64,000 bases of DNA from Podarcis gaigeae (Eukaryota): NCBI GenBank assembly GCA_964106915.2, contig OZ066919.1. One strand, written 5' to 3'. The notes beneath the pieces were generated by a model. It was not told the DNA's origin and did not search any database. It worked only from the letters and a program-made list of their open reading frames with translations. The translations under genes and the position numbers were made by a program. Position 1 is the stretch's first letter, and every line of letters begins with the position of its first letter. Of the stretch, positions 37,757 through 50,400 are shown piece by piece.

Positions 37757-38962
37757 ATGATGCCTGGTCTTCTGAACCGGCTGTGCCACATTGGGTTCCA
37801 CGTCCCTGAGGGGCAACAGCTGGCCAGCAACTTGGTGCGCCAGTTTGGATTCGAGCTGTTTGCTGCACGGGTGGCAGAATGGAGCAGGCAGATGGCCTTC
37901 CGGAGAGGGGATGCCGTTTTTCTCGTCAATGAAAGGCTAAAGTCTGCCAAGAGAGACGCTCCACCTGTGCCATCTTCAGGCTGCCGCAAGGATAAAGGAA
38001 TTCTGTACGACGTGGACCTAGAATATGCCGTCAGTACAGCCTCCAACATTTGCTTTGAGGCAGAAGATGTACCTGGCATCTCCCAAAGCCTACAGGAACG
38101 AGGATGCCAGATTCTCATCCCTCCCACAGCCGTGGGAGATGAAAATGGCCACGTCACTTATTCAGTAGTGGGATCCATCATAGGCAACATCAGCCACACA
38201 CTGCTTGACAGATCTCAGTACAGTGGACCGTTTCTGCCTGGTTTCCACATGGTGGAGGGTGCTCCCAAGGTCCAGGTGGGTGGCCAGGTGACACATTTTG
38301 ACCATATCACCTATGCTTGCCCCCAAGGTAGCTCACAAGCTGTGTTGGACTGGTACAAGAACTGTTTGGGATTCCAGCGCTTCCCCATCCACCAGCAAGA
38401 CAACGGTTCTGATGGTTATACAATCCAGGGTGCTGGTATGGGTCTTCGTCTTACTGCCATGCAGTCCAATGGGAGCGATTCGACTCAGCTTCGCAATGAC
38501 TGTAAAATTATTCTAGCTGAGTCTCTGTCAGAGCAAAAGAAGAACCAGGTGGATACTTTCTTAGAGCAGCACGGTGGATCGGGCATCCAACACGTGGCAC
38601 TCTACACCACAGGTATTATAGGGGCCGCTGCGGCCATGGCCAGATCTGGCGCAAACTTTTTCAAGCCCCCCTTATCATACTACAGTGAGAAAAGGAAGGT
38701 GGAGGAGATAAGGCAAGCTGGGCAAAATGTTCAGCTCCTGAAGGACCACGGCATCCTTCTGGATGCTGACGTAGGAGGCAGCGGTGGCTCTGGAGGCCTT
38801 TGTGAGAAGCAATACCTCATGCAGATCTTCACAAAGCCTCTCTTTACAGAGGATACTTTCTTCCTGGAGCTTATAGAGCGATGTGGGGCCACAGGTTTTG
38901 GCGAGGGAAACATTCGTGCTCTCTGGCAGTCTGTACAAAACTATATGGACCAGCAAGTTTGA
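37757..38962 (+). CDS. HPDL: 4-hydroxyphenylpyruvate dioxygenase-like protein, single coding exon, ~401 aa
   Basis: MMPGLLNRLCHIGFHV...; metal-ligand motifs FDHITYAC, GIQHVAL, FFLELIER; GFGEGNIRALW. The start is placed after the acceptor at 37709/37710 rather than at 37673. Adjacent to MUTYH as in other vertebrates. Confidence 0.95.
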   Translation: MMPGLLNRLCHIGFHVPEGQQLASNLVRQFGFELFAARVAEWSRQMAFRRGDAVFLVNERLKSAKRDAPPVPSSGCRKDKGILYDVDLEYAVSTASNICFEAEDVPGISQSLQERGCQILIPPTAVGDENGHVTYSVVGSIIGNISHTLLDRSQYSGPFLPGFHMVEGAPKVQVGGQVTHFDHITYACPQGSSQAVLDWYKNCLGFQRFPIHQQDNGSDGYTIQGAGMGLRLTAMQSNGSDSTQLRNDCKIILAESLSEQKKNQVDTFLEQHGGSGIQHVALYTTGIIGAAAAMARSGANFFKPPLSYYSEKRKVEEIRQAGQNVQLLKDHGILLDADVGGSGGSGGLCEKQYLMQIFTKPLFTEDTFFLELIERCGATGFGEGNIRALWQSVQNYMDQQV

Positions 38963-39911
38963 AGAATGTGCACTAACACCCTGTTACACAATCCTGTGCT
39001 CAGTGTATATGTTAACATGATGGTGCAAGTTCTGCAAACCTGCTCCTAAGGGGTTGGTTTCCCTGTTATATCGATAACATAAGGAGTTCTAGATCATGTG
39101 CATACTTCCTAAACTGGCTCTGCACCTCCACCAGAGTTGCTTTCACTGGTGTAAAAAGTATCCATGTGATCTGGATGACCCACCTAATCAGAACTTTTTA
39201 CACATTGCTGACCTATTTTGAGTTGGGAGCTCTAACCACAGCGAAGAAACATTGTGTTGGCAGCTGCATCTTGCCTGCAAACAAGTGTGGTCAATACTCC
39301 TAGAACAGGGCTTCTCTATTCTGCATCTTTATCAACAAGCTTCACTGCTGGAACAAGTGAGACAAACAGAAAGCATAGAAATCTGGCTCTTAATTCCTTG
39401 TAGATCTGGGGATCCAGAGGCAAAGACTAAGAAACATGGAAAGGGGTAGTATCAGGGTGGTGCTTGTCCAACATTGTCCCAGAACAGGAAATGGTGTTCT
39501 TCAATAATATGAAATCCATCTTCTTCAGTACAAAACTATGTGCTGAAGCGCTTCTAAAAAACTGTTACTTGAATGGTTTCTGTCTCAAGTATATTTGTGA
39601 TGAGATCACAGCAAAACATTAATATGTTTATTAACAACAATTTAAATTATAAGATTTATTTATAACTTATTTAAATTATAACACTGAAGTATAATGTTCT
39701 TTTAAGTGTTGGGTATAATAGCATTTTTTCTGTTTTAGGTCTAGTTGGTAATATGTTTTACTATTTCAATTTGGCCTGCTAGTCAGCTGAAGAACAGCTT
39801 ATTTCTTTAGTAAACTTGCTTAATTTTTGTTACAATTGTGTTAAGTTTTAAACATCTTTCAATTGTCAGTCTTGTTTGGATATTTATTTGGGCATGTGGA
39901 ATACTTATAGT

Positions 39912-39917
39912 AATAAA
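39912..39917 (+). terminator. HPDL: HPDL candidate poly(A) signal
   Basis: AATAAA followed by GT/T-rich sequence. Confidence 0.5.
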
Positions 39918-40653
39918 CATATATGTGTTTAAGTCAGGGTTGATCTTTTAAAAAAATTATTAATATCAGTTGAGACTATTTTTTGTTATATTTGAATTAA
40001 AAACACAATTGTGTTAACTTTAAATATTTATTTGTAGTTCTGTAATAGAACACACTGTTACATGCTTCTCTGTATTAATTCCCTTCTGAGTTTAGAATAT
40101 TTAGAATCTGATTCTTATCAACATTATGCAACGAACAAGGTCTTATTTATGTGTTTGCTCACTGTGTGGCTGAGCTTTTATGAACTTGCTGTTTCTTCAT
40201 CTTGGGGAACAGATCCTGCTACTTAGCTGTACTTTACAAAAAGGACATGCCTAATAGCATATTTTCCAAATTGCTTATGGCGGGGTAGTTACCCTTTTGA
40301 TAAATGTTACCAATGTGCCCCTTTTGGTCGCAGGGGTGCAATGGGGAGATTATAGAGTAGTCATTTATTGTGCTTTTTTCACCTGTGAAATGGCAAATAC
40401 TAGAAATAGTGGGAAAAGAACTGAAAACTCCACAATATTCCACCTTTGTATTAACAGATTTCTGAATGCTTGCTTTTAAAGAGACTTTCTTGGTTCCTTG
40501 CCAGTGACATAGCTGTGCAGGTATCAACATGCTAGTACAATATTTAAGGTTGTGTGTGTGTACCAATTTTCAACGCTACAGTATGAATAATACAATCAGT
40601 TAAGAAGAAGAAAGCATAACTAAATAACCGCCACAGTAAAAATTCATTAAAAT

Positions 40654-40659
40654 TTTATT
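40654..40659 (-). terminator. MUTYH: MUTYH candidate poly(A) signal
   Basis: Minus-strand AATAAA ~760 nt after the stop, with T/G-rich sequence downstream. Confidence 0.55.
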
Positions 40660-41418
40660 AGCAAACCCACAATTAAAACAGGACATTGCATGTACTGAAA
40701 AACAGTTTCATCTGTGAACTCCAGCAATTGTGGTATCTAGTACAGCAGCAAAACACTTTCTTGACTATGGATGTGAGCAAATGGCAATTGCATAGTTGTC
40801 CTTGAGAATAAACTAGCTCTAAGAAAGCAACATTTAAGAAGGATGCAGAAGAGACATTGAGTCTTTTTGCTTAGCATCCACTGGACAATAAGTCTTTCAG
40901 TCAACCTGCCTCATATACTTTTTTATAAAGTCCATTTTACTGCAGTGTGGCTCACCAATAAACTCTGACCTCCTAGGAGCCACTACAGCCACACTTGTTT
41001 GAATTGTGCCCGTGTTCTGTATTGGAGTGGAAGGGGGCAATGTTAAAGTCACAACATCCCCATGATGCCCTCATTGCAGCCACAGTGTTTCATTCCAGTA
41101 TGACCACATCCTTGCTGGAGATCAGTCCCTCATCTCCGAAACTAAAAGGTAAGGCACATCTGATGAATGGTAATGCAGACGAAACAACTGGACTCATCCC
41201 ACTGCCCTGAACTCTAGTAAGATTATGGAGCTTAGCACTGTTTACAACAGGCAGGCACACCTCACTGCCTGGGTAGTGTCATCCTAGGCGAGAATCTTGA
41301 GACCTTTCGGTGATGCTCATTGAGAAGGCACCAATGGGGCTTCCAAGTGTTGGACAAGGTTGCTAGGAGTGGAATGAGGTGTACTCACGTGAGGTCAGGC
41401 AGAGCACAGAGACTGCCA

Positions 41419-44400
41419 TCAGTCCCCGGGATTTGTTGCAAGAAATGAATCCAGAGAAAGTTGCCTCTTGGAAAAACTACCTTCTTCATGCAGGGTCTGG
41501 CTGGTGTATAGGGAGTCCCGTTTCCTCTTGACAATCTGTACAGTCACACATGCATATGCATTTGATGGAGAAAGCACTGTGGCCACCTCTAAATCCCATC
41601 CTCTTGCTTATAGGCCTAACATTGGTAAGAAGGGTGGAGACAAACCAGCAGGACCCACCCAGTGTGGTTGGAAGGGTGTGCAGTTGGCAAGCCTCAAACT
41701 GGTGGCTCCCAACATGCAGGACCAGTGATGGAGCTCAGTAGACAGAGGGGCGAGATGCTGTTCCCTGTGGAAAGCCCTCCCTTCAGATGTCAAGAAGATA
41801 AAGAAGTACAAAACTTTTAGAAGACATCTGAAGGCAGCCCTGTATTGGGAGGTTTCTAACACTTGATGTTTTTATTATGTTTTTAGATATGCTGTAAGCC
41901 ACCCAGAGTGGCTGGGGAAACCCAGCCAGATGGGCGGGGAATAATAATAATATTAATAATAACAATAATAATAATAATACTTCTAGGAACATGAGCTGCA
42001 CAGAGAGAGGTAAGAGCTGTTCAGCTCTAGCAAATGGATGTCCTTACCTTGGCAGTACTGATTGTAGGGCTCCACTTTTCATAAGCTTTCAAGACCTGGA
42101 AAAGTAGGACACTCCACATAACACATCTAGCACCATAATGAATACATGGTGTTGACTCCATATGAGGGGGCAGGTTGCAACTGTTTACGTACAAAGGTGT
42201 TTTTAACGTATCAGCTGCCCCCTGGAACCACTGATTGCTTGAGCCAGAAACACAGGGACAGTGTGAAAGAGGAGACAGAGCACACGTAACAAGAGAAGCA
42301 GCTAAAAGTGGGCCAAGTGTATCCCTTGCTAGAAAGCTATGTTCAGTCATACTTCCAGCTGCAGTTAACGTTTGCCTTTCCCCAGAAGCTGGGGCTAACA
42401 TTCCATGCTGTTGCATCACCTGCATCTCTCAGGAGAAACTGACATGTGGGTCCATTGGGAAACTTGAAGCAACCAAGCTCTAGATTCTCAGTACCTTCTT
42501 CATGGCTGTGGAGATGGCAGAGTTGTGGAATTCTGTTTCGGTCACCCACCGGGATGCTGGCAGCTCCAGCTCCGCATCCCAGTTTCCTTCATCTTGATCC
42601 AGATTCAAAGAGTAGATCACATATGTTTGGCGGATGTGGGAGAAGATATGGAGAACCTGGTGAAGGAGGTGAAGATATGTAGATGTGGTTAGGGAAGGTG
42701 AGAGATGCTGTTAGGTCACAGCATCCCTTCCCTCCCTACCTTCTGGCAGGTAAGAAGGACAAGTTCATTGGGAAAGAAGAAAGCCAGCTGCAGCCTCATA
42801 GAGGGAGGCTGGGCTTTACACGGAGACCTGGGAGCTTCTCCTTCCCAACCTTCATTGTTTCAGGACAAGGAGCTGTAGGTACATAACCCACTTGTCTGTG
42901 GGAGTGAAGACAGGGAAGAAAGCAGAGACTGTGCTCTAGGACTAGGACGGGGCGCAGGCCTGGAGGCAGACTGCAGTTCTCCAGGCTTCTCTTCCCAGTC
43001 GCTGAGACTCGCACTAGGTTGTGCCTCCTTCCCACTCCACACCCCTCCCCAGTCAAAGTGTTTTTGCCTGGCTGGAATGTGGCCTTGAAGTGCAATAATG
43101 CTCCTGGCCTGCCTGGATGAAAGTATGTGTGTGTGTGTATATTAAAACCTGACTTTTGTTTGGCTGGAACGTAGCCTGTCGGCATCTCCTGTCTCGGGAG
43201 ATAATGGAGGAGTGCGCCTTTGGGGGTCAAGTAGTGCACTCCACTTGTCAAGTGATACTCTGAGCTCCAAGCAACTATTGAAGCAGGCAGACAGTGGGGG
43301 GCCAGCACTTTATTGACTGGGGCTGCCAAGCTCAAGACGGGCAGTAGCTGACTAGTGAGACATGATGATCTCTCCCACCTATGGCATAATCTGAGTGATA
43401 GTCTAAAAATAATCTGAGGGCTGGATGGCTGGAAGTGAGATTTAATTCAATCCTGACAAATACTGTTCCAGATATTCATGGGGGCAGTAATTTCATGGCC
43501 AGCTATTTAACTGCAAAACTTTCCATCTGTCAGTTACAAAATAGAACAACTGTCTTCCCCATCAAACCAGCTTCATGCATGGCACACATCCTGAAGGTTT
43601 TGTTTGGCAGTTAATAGCAACAGAGATTCTGATGCTAATGCCACCCCAGGTTGTAGGTTATAAATCCTATGCAAGGGGAGGTGGCGGCGAGAGGGGAGGT
43701 ACTCGCTGGAGAGACACTGTATAAACAATGGGTCAATTCTGCAGGGAGGGGGGTCCAATGTACCTCTCCAACATGCTGCAGGCGTCTTGTTGCCACGTTA
43801 CTACCAACCCAGGCTTGGAGGTGATCTGCCAGTGCTGCTTTCTGCCGCTTCTCCTGCCCTGACTCAAGGAGGAGGCTTGGAAACTCCCAAAGCCCTGCCA
43901 ACAGACCTGCAAGAAAATGTACCGTCACCAGCACAAGCTGATATTGTATCGTAGTTAAGAGCCTGAGTTATGAGCTAGAAATCCCTGGTTCAAAAAATCA
44001 TCTTGGACATAAAATTTGGTACCCTCTGGCAAAGTTACACATTCTCAGCCATATCTAAAAACCTGGAATAATATGTATCTACTTAATAAGACTGTCGCAG
44101 AGATTCCTGGGATAATGTGCACGAAACACCTAGGAAATTCTCTAAATAAATACTGTGTTGTCAATATCATATTTTAAACATAACCACCCTCTATCAGGCA
44201 TACAAGACATGTATTTAGAAAACACTGCTTCCATAGTAAGCGAGCAGTGCTCCTAAGGTACATGCCTACGTCAGGGCTGAGTGCTCTCTCCCTTGACTAG
44301 TGCAGGCGAAAGTAATGCCTTAAATAATTCAGCTGGTTTTCTTTTACTTCAACTGTGGCATGAATTTTTCAACAGCTGAAAAAAATGCTCAATAACAGAG

Positions 44401-47400
44401 ACAGGTCCGGGTGCCAAGGGTATCTATCTATTTATTAAATATGTATACCACCCTTCATCTGAAAACCACAGGGTGGTTCACAACATAAAAATACAAAATG
44501 AGAACACATGATACATAATAAACAAAAACAAACCAATAACCCTCCCTCCCACAATCACATTTTAAAGACCATAGAACCTTAATCGGCCAAAGGCCTGGTT
44601 ATATTGAAACGTTTTTGCCTGGCACCTAGTATAGCAGCCTGGAATGGACTGGCAGATAAACTTGACCCATCTTGCAGGCATCTGTTTTCTGCAACCACTA
44701 GCTCAAAGACATAAACGTGCCTCAACATAAAATTGGAATGATCACTAACGTGGGTGGGGTAAAGGAGTTGGAGATGTAACAACAGATTTTCTAGGCATGG
44801 TAAGCCTCCCTTTCACAGACCATTACCTGTGCTAGGTCTCTGCACAATAAGGTACTCTGGTTTCCCATCACTGCACTTTCTCTGTAGCACACATGTGGCT
44901 GTGCACTCGATCCTGGGCTGCTTCTTGGCAGTTTTCCTGGGGAAGTTCGTCACACCAAGGCTGGGATCCCATGGCTCTGAAGGAGGCAGGCAGAGGGAGC
45001 AGCTCCCTGTGGTGGCAGCGGCTACAAATCAGAAGAATGAAACAGATGAGATGCCTGGCTCTGAACTGCTGGCAACAGGCAACTGTCTGCAAAGCATCTT
45101 TGCGGAAGATGGCCTGTTCTAGGACAGGAAGACCTGGCTTGCTAATGAAGCCAGAGTTAAATCAATGCTGCCCATTCCATGGTGGCAAAGCTGACAAATG
45201 AAATTCACAATCAAACAAGAAACCATTAATCTCACTGGAAAAAAATAAATTCCTCAGTGCAGCCTGAACTGCACACCTAAACTGAATTTGAGCCAGTCTA
45301 GTCAATAGCTCTATGGTGGGAAACCTCCAGTCATCCAGGTTTCTCTATTGAACCCTTGGAACTCTCCACAGGTCATGCTTCTCATGGCCTCCTCAAGTGT
45401 CTCAGCCTGCCAGGAATGTTCCCTGAACTGTGATAATACATTTTGCTTGCCTGGCTGAAGGATAGAGTCGTTTCTGTTACCCGTTACAGAACGTAGCACT
45501 TGGGGTGAAAATGTTTCCTGCCTCTGATCTATCTGTAGACTCTATGCAATCACACGTGTGAAAGAGATCAATGTGTAGTCATTTACTAGGTTCTCATAGA
45601 TAAACCTACACAATTCAAACAATAGATTACCAGAAGCAGAGAGCAAATATGGTTCAAAAAATTACCTGCAGGGGAAATAAGATACTTCAGAGGAAGGATC
45701 CAGTGCTCCTCTGCTTCTCTACCAGAGAGCTTTTAGGGACAGACATGTTTAAAAGTGAATTTTTGCCATGCATTTGCCATAAGCCTAAGGCAGCATACAA
45801 ATACAAGCATAAAATACACCAGATTGATAATTAAAATGCAATTAACATATTAAGGGTGGGTTTGTTTGTTTGCATTTTAATGATTATTTTTATGGAGACC
45901 TCATCAAAAACCATTCATCACAGCAACACTCTCATAAACCATCACAAAAGCCTGCTCAAATAAAAAGGCCACATGTTTGCTCCTTAAAAACGGATCTGGA
46001 TTTAGTATGTTTGTTTTTTTGGTGGGGAGTCGGGGGGGGGGCTTAATTTGCTGGCTACAGAAGATGGCTGTGATTCTTCCACCTCCTTCTTGTATCTACT
46101 ACCCTGATTAAGAAGGGCTGCTGGTGGAATTGGGAAGAGAAGGTAGAGATTTGCTGGAGGTCGAGATCTGACAGCTTTCCCACCTTGTAAAAACTCCAAA
46201 CCACCAACCTGGTAATGCCAGGTCTTCTCATGCGCTTACCACATTCTTCTACATCCAGCACCTGGGGGCACTTAGAAACAGGTTTTCCTAACAGTTTCTT
46301 TGCAGAGGCTGCCTGCTCTTTTTCCACCTGCAGGAAAAGGTTCCAACCATCAGTGAACAGAGAGGTGGGGGACTGTGCAAGTACTTAAGGCTTCTTCTAG
46401 AACTCGCATGTCCTCAGTCTTAACATCAAGCTATATGCTGACATTAGCCATGATTCCAAAGTGGAGACCAAACCCAAGGACAGAATAGGATGCACATCTG
46501 TGTTGTATATGCAACATTTTAAGAAAAGAGATGCAAGTGGGCCTGGTTATGTGAAAGGAACTAGGAAGGACCCACAATTTAGAATATGATTAACTGAAGA
46601 CATTATAATGAAGCATTAATGGGTGGCTTTGTTAGACTGTATTTCTGCTTAGGAAGAAATCCAACCATATGAAATTGAACGAACTCCGAGGGAATTTATG
46701 TGCACCACAGCATTCCTAAACACACTTACTAGGGAGTAAGCACCACTGAACAAAGTACTTCTTAGCAGACATGCAGAACTCCCATACAATGTTTGTGTAG
46801 TGTACAAGGAGTGTTAAGTTTTTCAGGGAGCTTTGCAGGAAATGGCTCTTCTTTCCCAACAGTTAATAATAATCTGACTCCACAGCAAAACACCAGAGCA
46901 TGGGGAACAGCAAAGGGTATAAAGGAGGAGCTCCCTTACTTTGTGGTGTGCTCTGCAGTGCTGCTTCACGGGACACTCCATGCACCGTGGGGCCTTGGGA
47001 GTGCACACAGTTGCCCCCAATTCCATCATCGCTTGGTTAAAGTCACCAGGATAGGATGGGTCCACCAGAGTGTGTACTAAGGCCCTAAGAACGACAGCAG
47101 CCTACATTAGCAAGCATAACAAGTCTTTCTAAAGCAGCAGCTTCAAACAACAACTCCTGAGCCCTCTCGACCTACAACTGCATTGATGGGAGAGAGCTGA
47201 GAGTGAAAAAAGGAGACAGAGAGAGGTGCTAGTTTTGCACAAAAACTGCCCTGGGGCTGCCAGCTGTCGCTCTGTGTTGTAGGGAAGCATTTCTTAGGGA
47301 GGTGACTACCTACTCCCTAACTTTAGAGTGGGCTCTAGAAACCAGCATTCTGTAAAAGCTCAGCAATCAGTAATGGGGAGCTTCCAAAAGATAAAGAGCA

Positions 47401-50400
47401 GCATTTCTAAATTCTCTGCCCTCTTTCACTCTTCACAGTACCTAGCTCTTCCGCCTGAGCCAACGAACATTTAGTTAGGACTCCCATTGATTTGAATGGA
47501 ATTTTCTTACATGTGAAGGACTATTCACACCTACTTCTCTGGGTGTGTGTACAGCTCCTGGTTTGCTGATTGAACTGCTAATTCACTATATTTTTGACTT
47601 TAAGAGTTCAAATTTAGCAAGGGGAGACCGACTGCAAGTTCACTATATGCAATTAGGGACTGACTGTGAACAGTTGAGATTTTGCCAGGACGTGTTGTCC
47701 CCAGTTTGGATATCTGATGGGGAAGAAGGAACAAAATACTTTTATCTTCCAAAAGCTATTGTCCTTTCCTGACTCTCAGGTCCTAAAGCTAGGCTTGCAC
47801 CATCCCAACCCCATTCCTTCCCTTACCAGAGTCTGTCAGCAACAGATGCATTGGCAGGGTCAGCACCAATGGCTCGTGTACGGCACAAGACCCGAATTAC
47901 GTTCCCATCCACCACACCAGTCACCTGGATGCATTGGACAAAACAGCAACCCAGCCGTTACTGCACTTGTGACAACTTCTGCTCCAGCCTCCATTAAGGG
48001 CTGCTGACAGAGCTACTGAAGAGCCCAACTAGGCCACAGAGGGCCCTTTGCCTGCATCAAATTCACTCTATGAATCCATTGAAAGTTGAGATTAGGTAGT
48101 GGTTAGGATATCAAGTATGGTTCAGGAAGTCTTTGATTTGAAGCAGAGTGCACAGAGGTACAAGTCATTGTTTAGTGGCTTAGATAGTAATGTCTAGTGA
48201 CTATAATTAAATTCTGTATTAATATTTGTTTCTCTTGCCAGACACCACCTCTGTATGGTTTGTGTTTGTATTGTACAAAAGGAAGTTACTCTTTAGGACT
48301 GATGACCAAGACTAGCCACAATTTAGTCTTTCTTCCAGTCACAGGGTTAGAAAAGTATCGATACTCTTTCTTTTCATTTATACAGGTTATGAAGTCATGC
48401 CATACAGTGCAGAAATCTAAATTACACACCACTTCCTTGGCTGAGATCTTCCTATTTGTTCCTACTTGTTCTAACTCTAACAGTGAGGGAATTAGTAGCC
48501 AATTCACTGTTTTTAGGGGCATCAAGGGAAACACAGGAGTGAACAACAGCTGCAAAGGGAAAGGAGATAAGAAAATGTCTAGCCCTCTAGATTGACTAAG
48601 GACTTAGAATCCCAAAGCCAGGTGGGGTAATATTCCTTTGTGCATATTCCTAAAGCAAATCTGCCCACTCAGACTGCAACCTCATTACCTGACCAAACGC
48701 TATGGATGCAATAGCTCCTGCAGTGTACTTTCCAACTCCCGGTAACTGTTTCTGCAGCTCTTCTGCTGTCCTGGGCATATGTCCTTCCATCTGTGACACC
48801 AACTGCAAAATAAACCCAGTTGAAGCAACACAGGGACATCGTCACTCAAAAGCACCACCTCTGGTGGTTCTTAGGCACACCGTTAAAACTTCCAACATCC
48901 CTTTAAGGTGTCATGATCCTGGAGTCAGATTCCTCTTCTTCAGGGGATGAGGTTGAGGACTCTGAAGCAGGAGGGGAAAGGGAATGGAGGGCCAGCCCCA
49001 GAAGTACTTCTATCTGATGAGCCTGTGAGGGCAGTGTTCCTCCAGCCAGAGGATGTGGCACTGCTGTCCTTGGAAGAAACTATTGCAGAACATTCCTAGC
49101 CCCCTGCTCTATTGCAATAGGAGTAGGTTGGCTTTCACTGAAGAAGCACTTGCCTTTGCAGATGGGGCTAACAATTGGGATGGCCTTGCTGCCACTATAT
49201 AGGGTTCAGTGACTGAAGCAGTATCAGAGCTCCATGTTTCTATAGCACAAGCTGAGCAGCTCATTAAGAAGAAGGTGACCTTTCTGGTGATAAGATATCA
49301 TGAGATGAAAATACTGCCCATTGCCTCTTGGAGGAAGGGTGGGATACAAACATTAGGGGATTTTGGATATACATTTCCTACAAACTATGCCCTCAGTTTT
49401 AGGAAACTACTCAGCTCAAGAGTAAACCATCTGGGGTTCCCACCTTGCCATCTAATAACACTTTGCTATTCCTACCTGAACTCCCAATTAGACTAGTTAG
49501 TACAATAGCTACAGTAGCTAGTTATCTTGCACCTGGTTCTTTCCTAAGTGGCTATTAGAAAATCTTTCTTTCTGTAAGCACAGGACATAAAGGGAACTAT
49601 CTTCTTGCAAAAATGCCTTGTGTCTTGACCCACTGCCTATAGAGTACCTTATGTGCACCTTCCTGGAGTCGCTTCCCTCGGGAATAGTAGCCAAGCCCTG
49701 CCCATAGCTCATTCACCTCCTATTTCCAAATAGAAAGAGTTAGAAAAAAATATTAGACCAGACCAATAATGAATGCTTTTGCTTAGTGTATATTTTTGCT
49801 ATTTCATTTTTGTGGATTTTTTGGGTATTTCTGTATTTTTTAAAAAAAATGTATTTAAATCCTTTTTTTAAAGTGGGGTGGAGAGCAAAGTTGCATGTTC
49901 CATTCAAATATTCATGCATGAACACACACAAAATATTGCATTCTCATTCTTACCTCTAGTGAAGCCTGAGCCAGGTCCTGCAAGGTTGGCCATTTCTGTA
50001 TCAAAAAGGAAAACAGGGACTTATTTACAAGGTTTCCAAAGCACAATGGATCCAAGATCCAGAATTCAGGAGCTAATGCACAACAGAGCATGCCACAGAG
50101 AGAAAAGGATCTCAGCATCACCTGCATCCAGCGATTGTAGTAGTTGATCACTGAAGCCACCTGGGTCTGCTGGAGCATTATCTCCGATACCCACACTGCA
50201 GGGACAAAGATAAAGGAGGTGCATCAGGCATTCTGATACCTTCCTTGTTCTGCATGGCAAGTGGGAGGGGATGTGCTGCTCAATATACTGTATTTTTTGC
50301 CCCATAGGGCGCACCGGCCCATAGGATGCACCTAGGTTTTTTTTTGGGGGGGGGGGAATAATGAAAAAAAAAATATTCCCCCCCCCCAGGCACGGGGCTG

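Noticed and set aside
45022-45086. Upstream alternative acceptor for the MUTYH linker exon
   Set aside because: It adds 65 nt (frameshift). The acceptor at 45021 has the better pyrimidine tract and keeps the frame.
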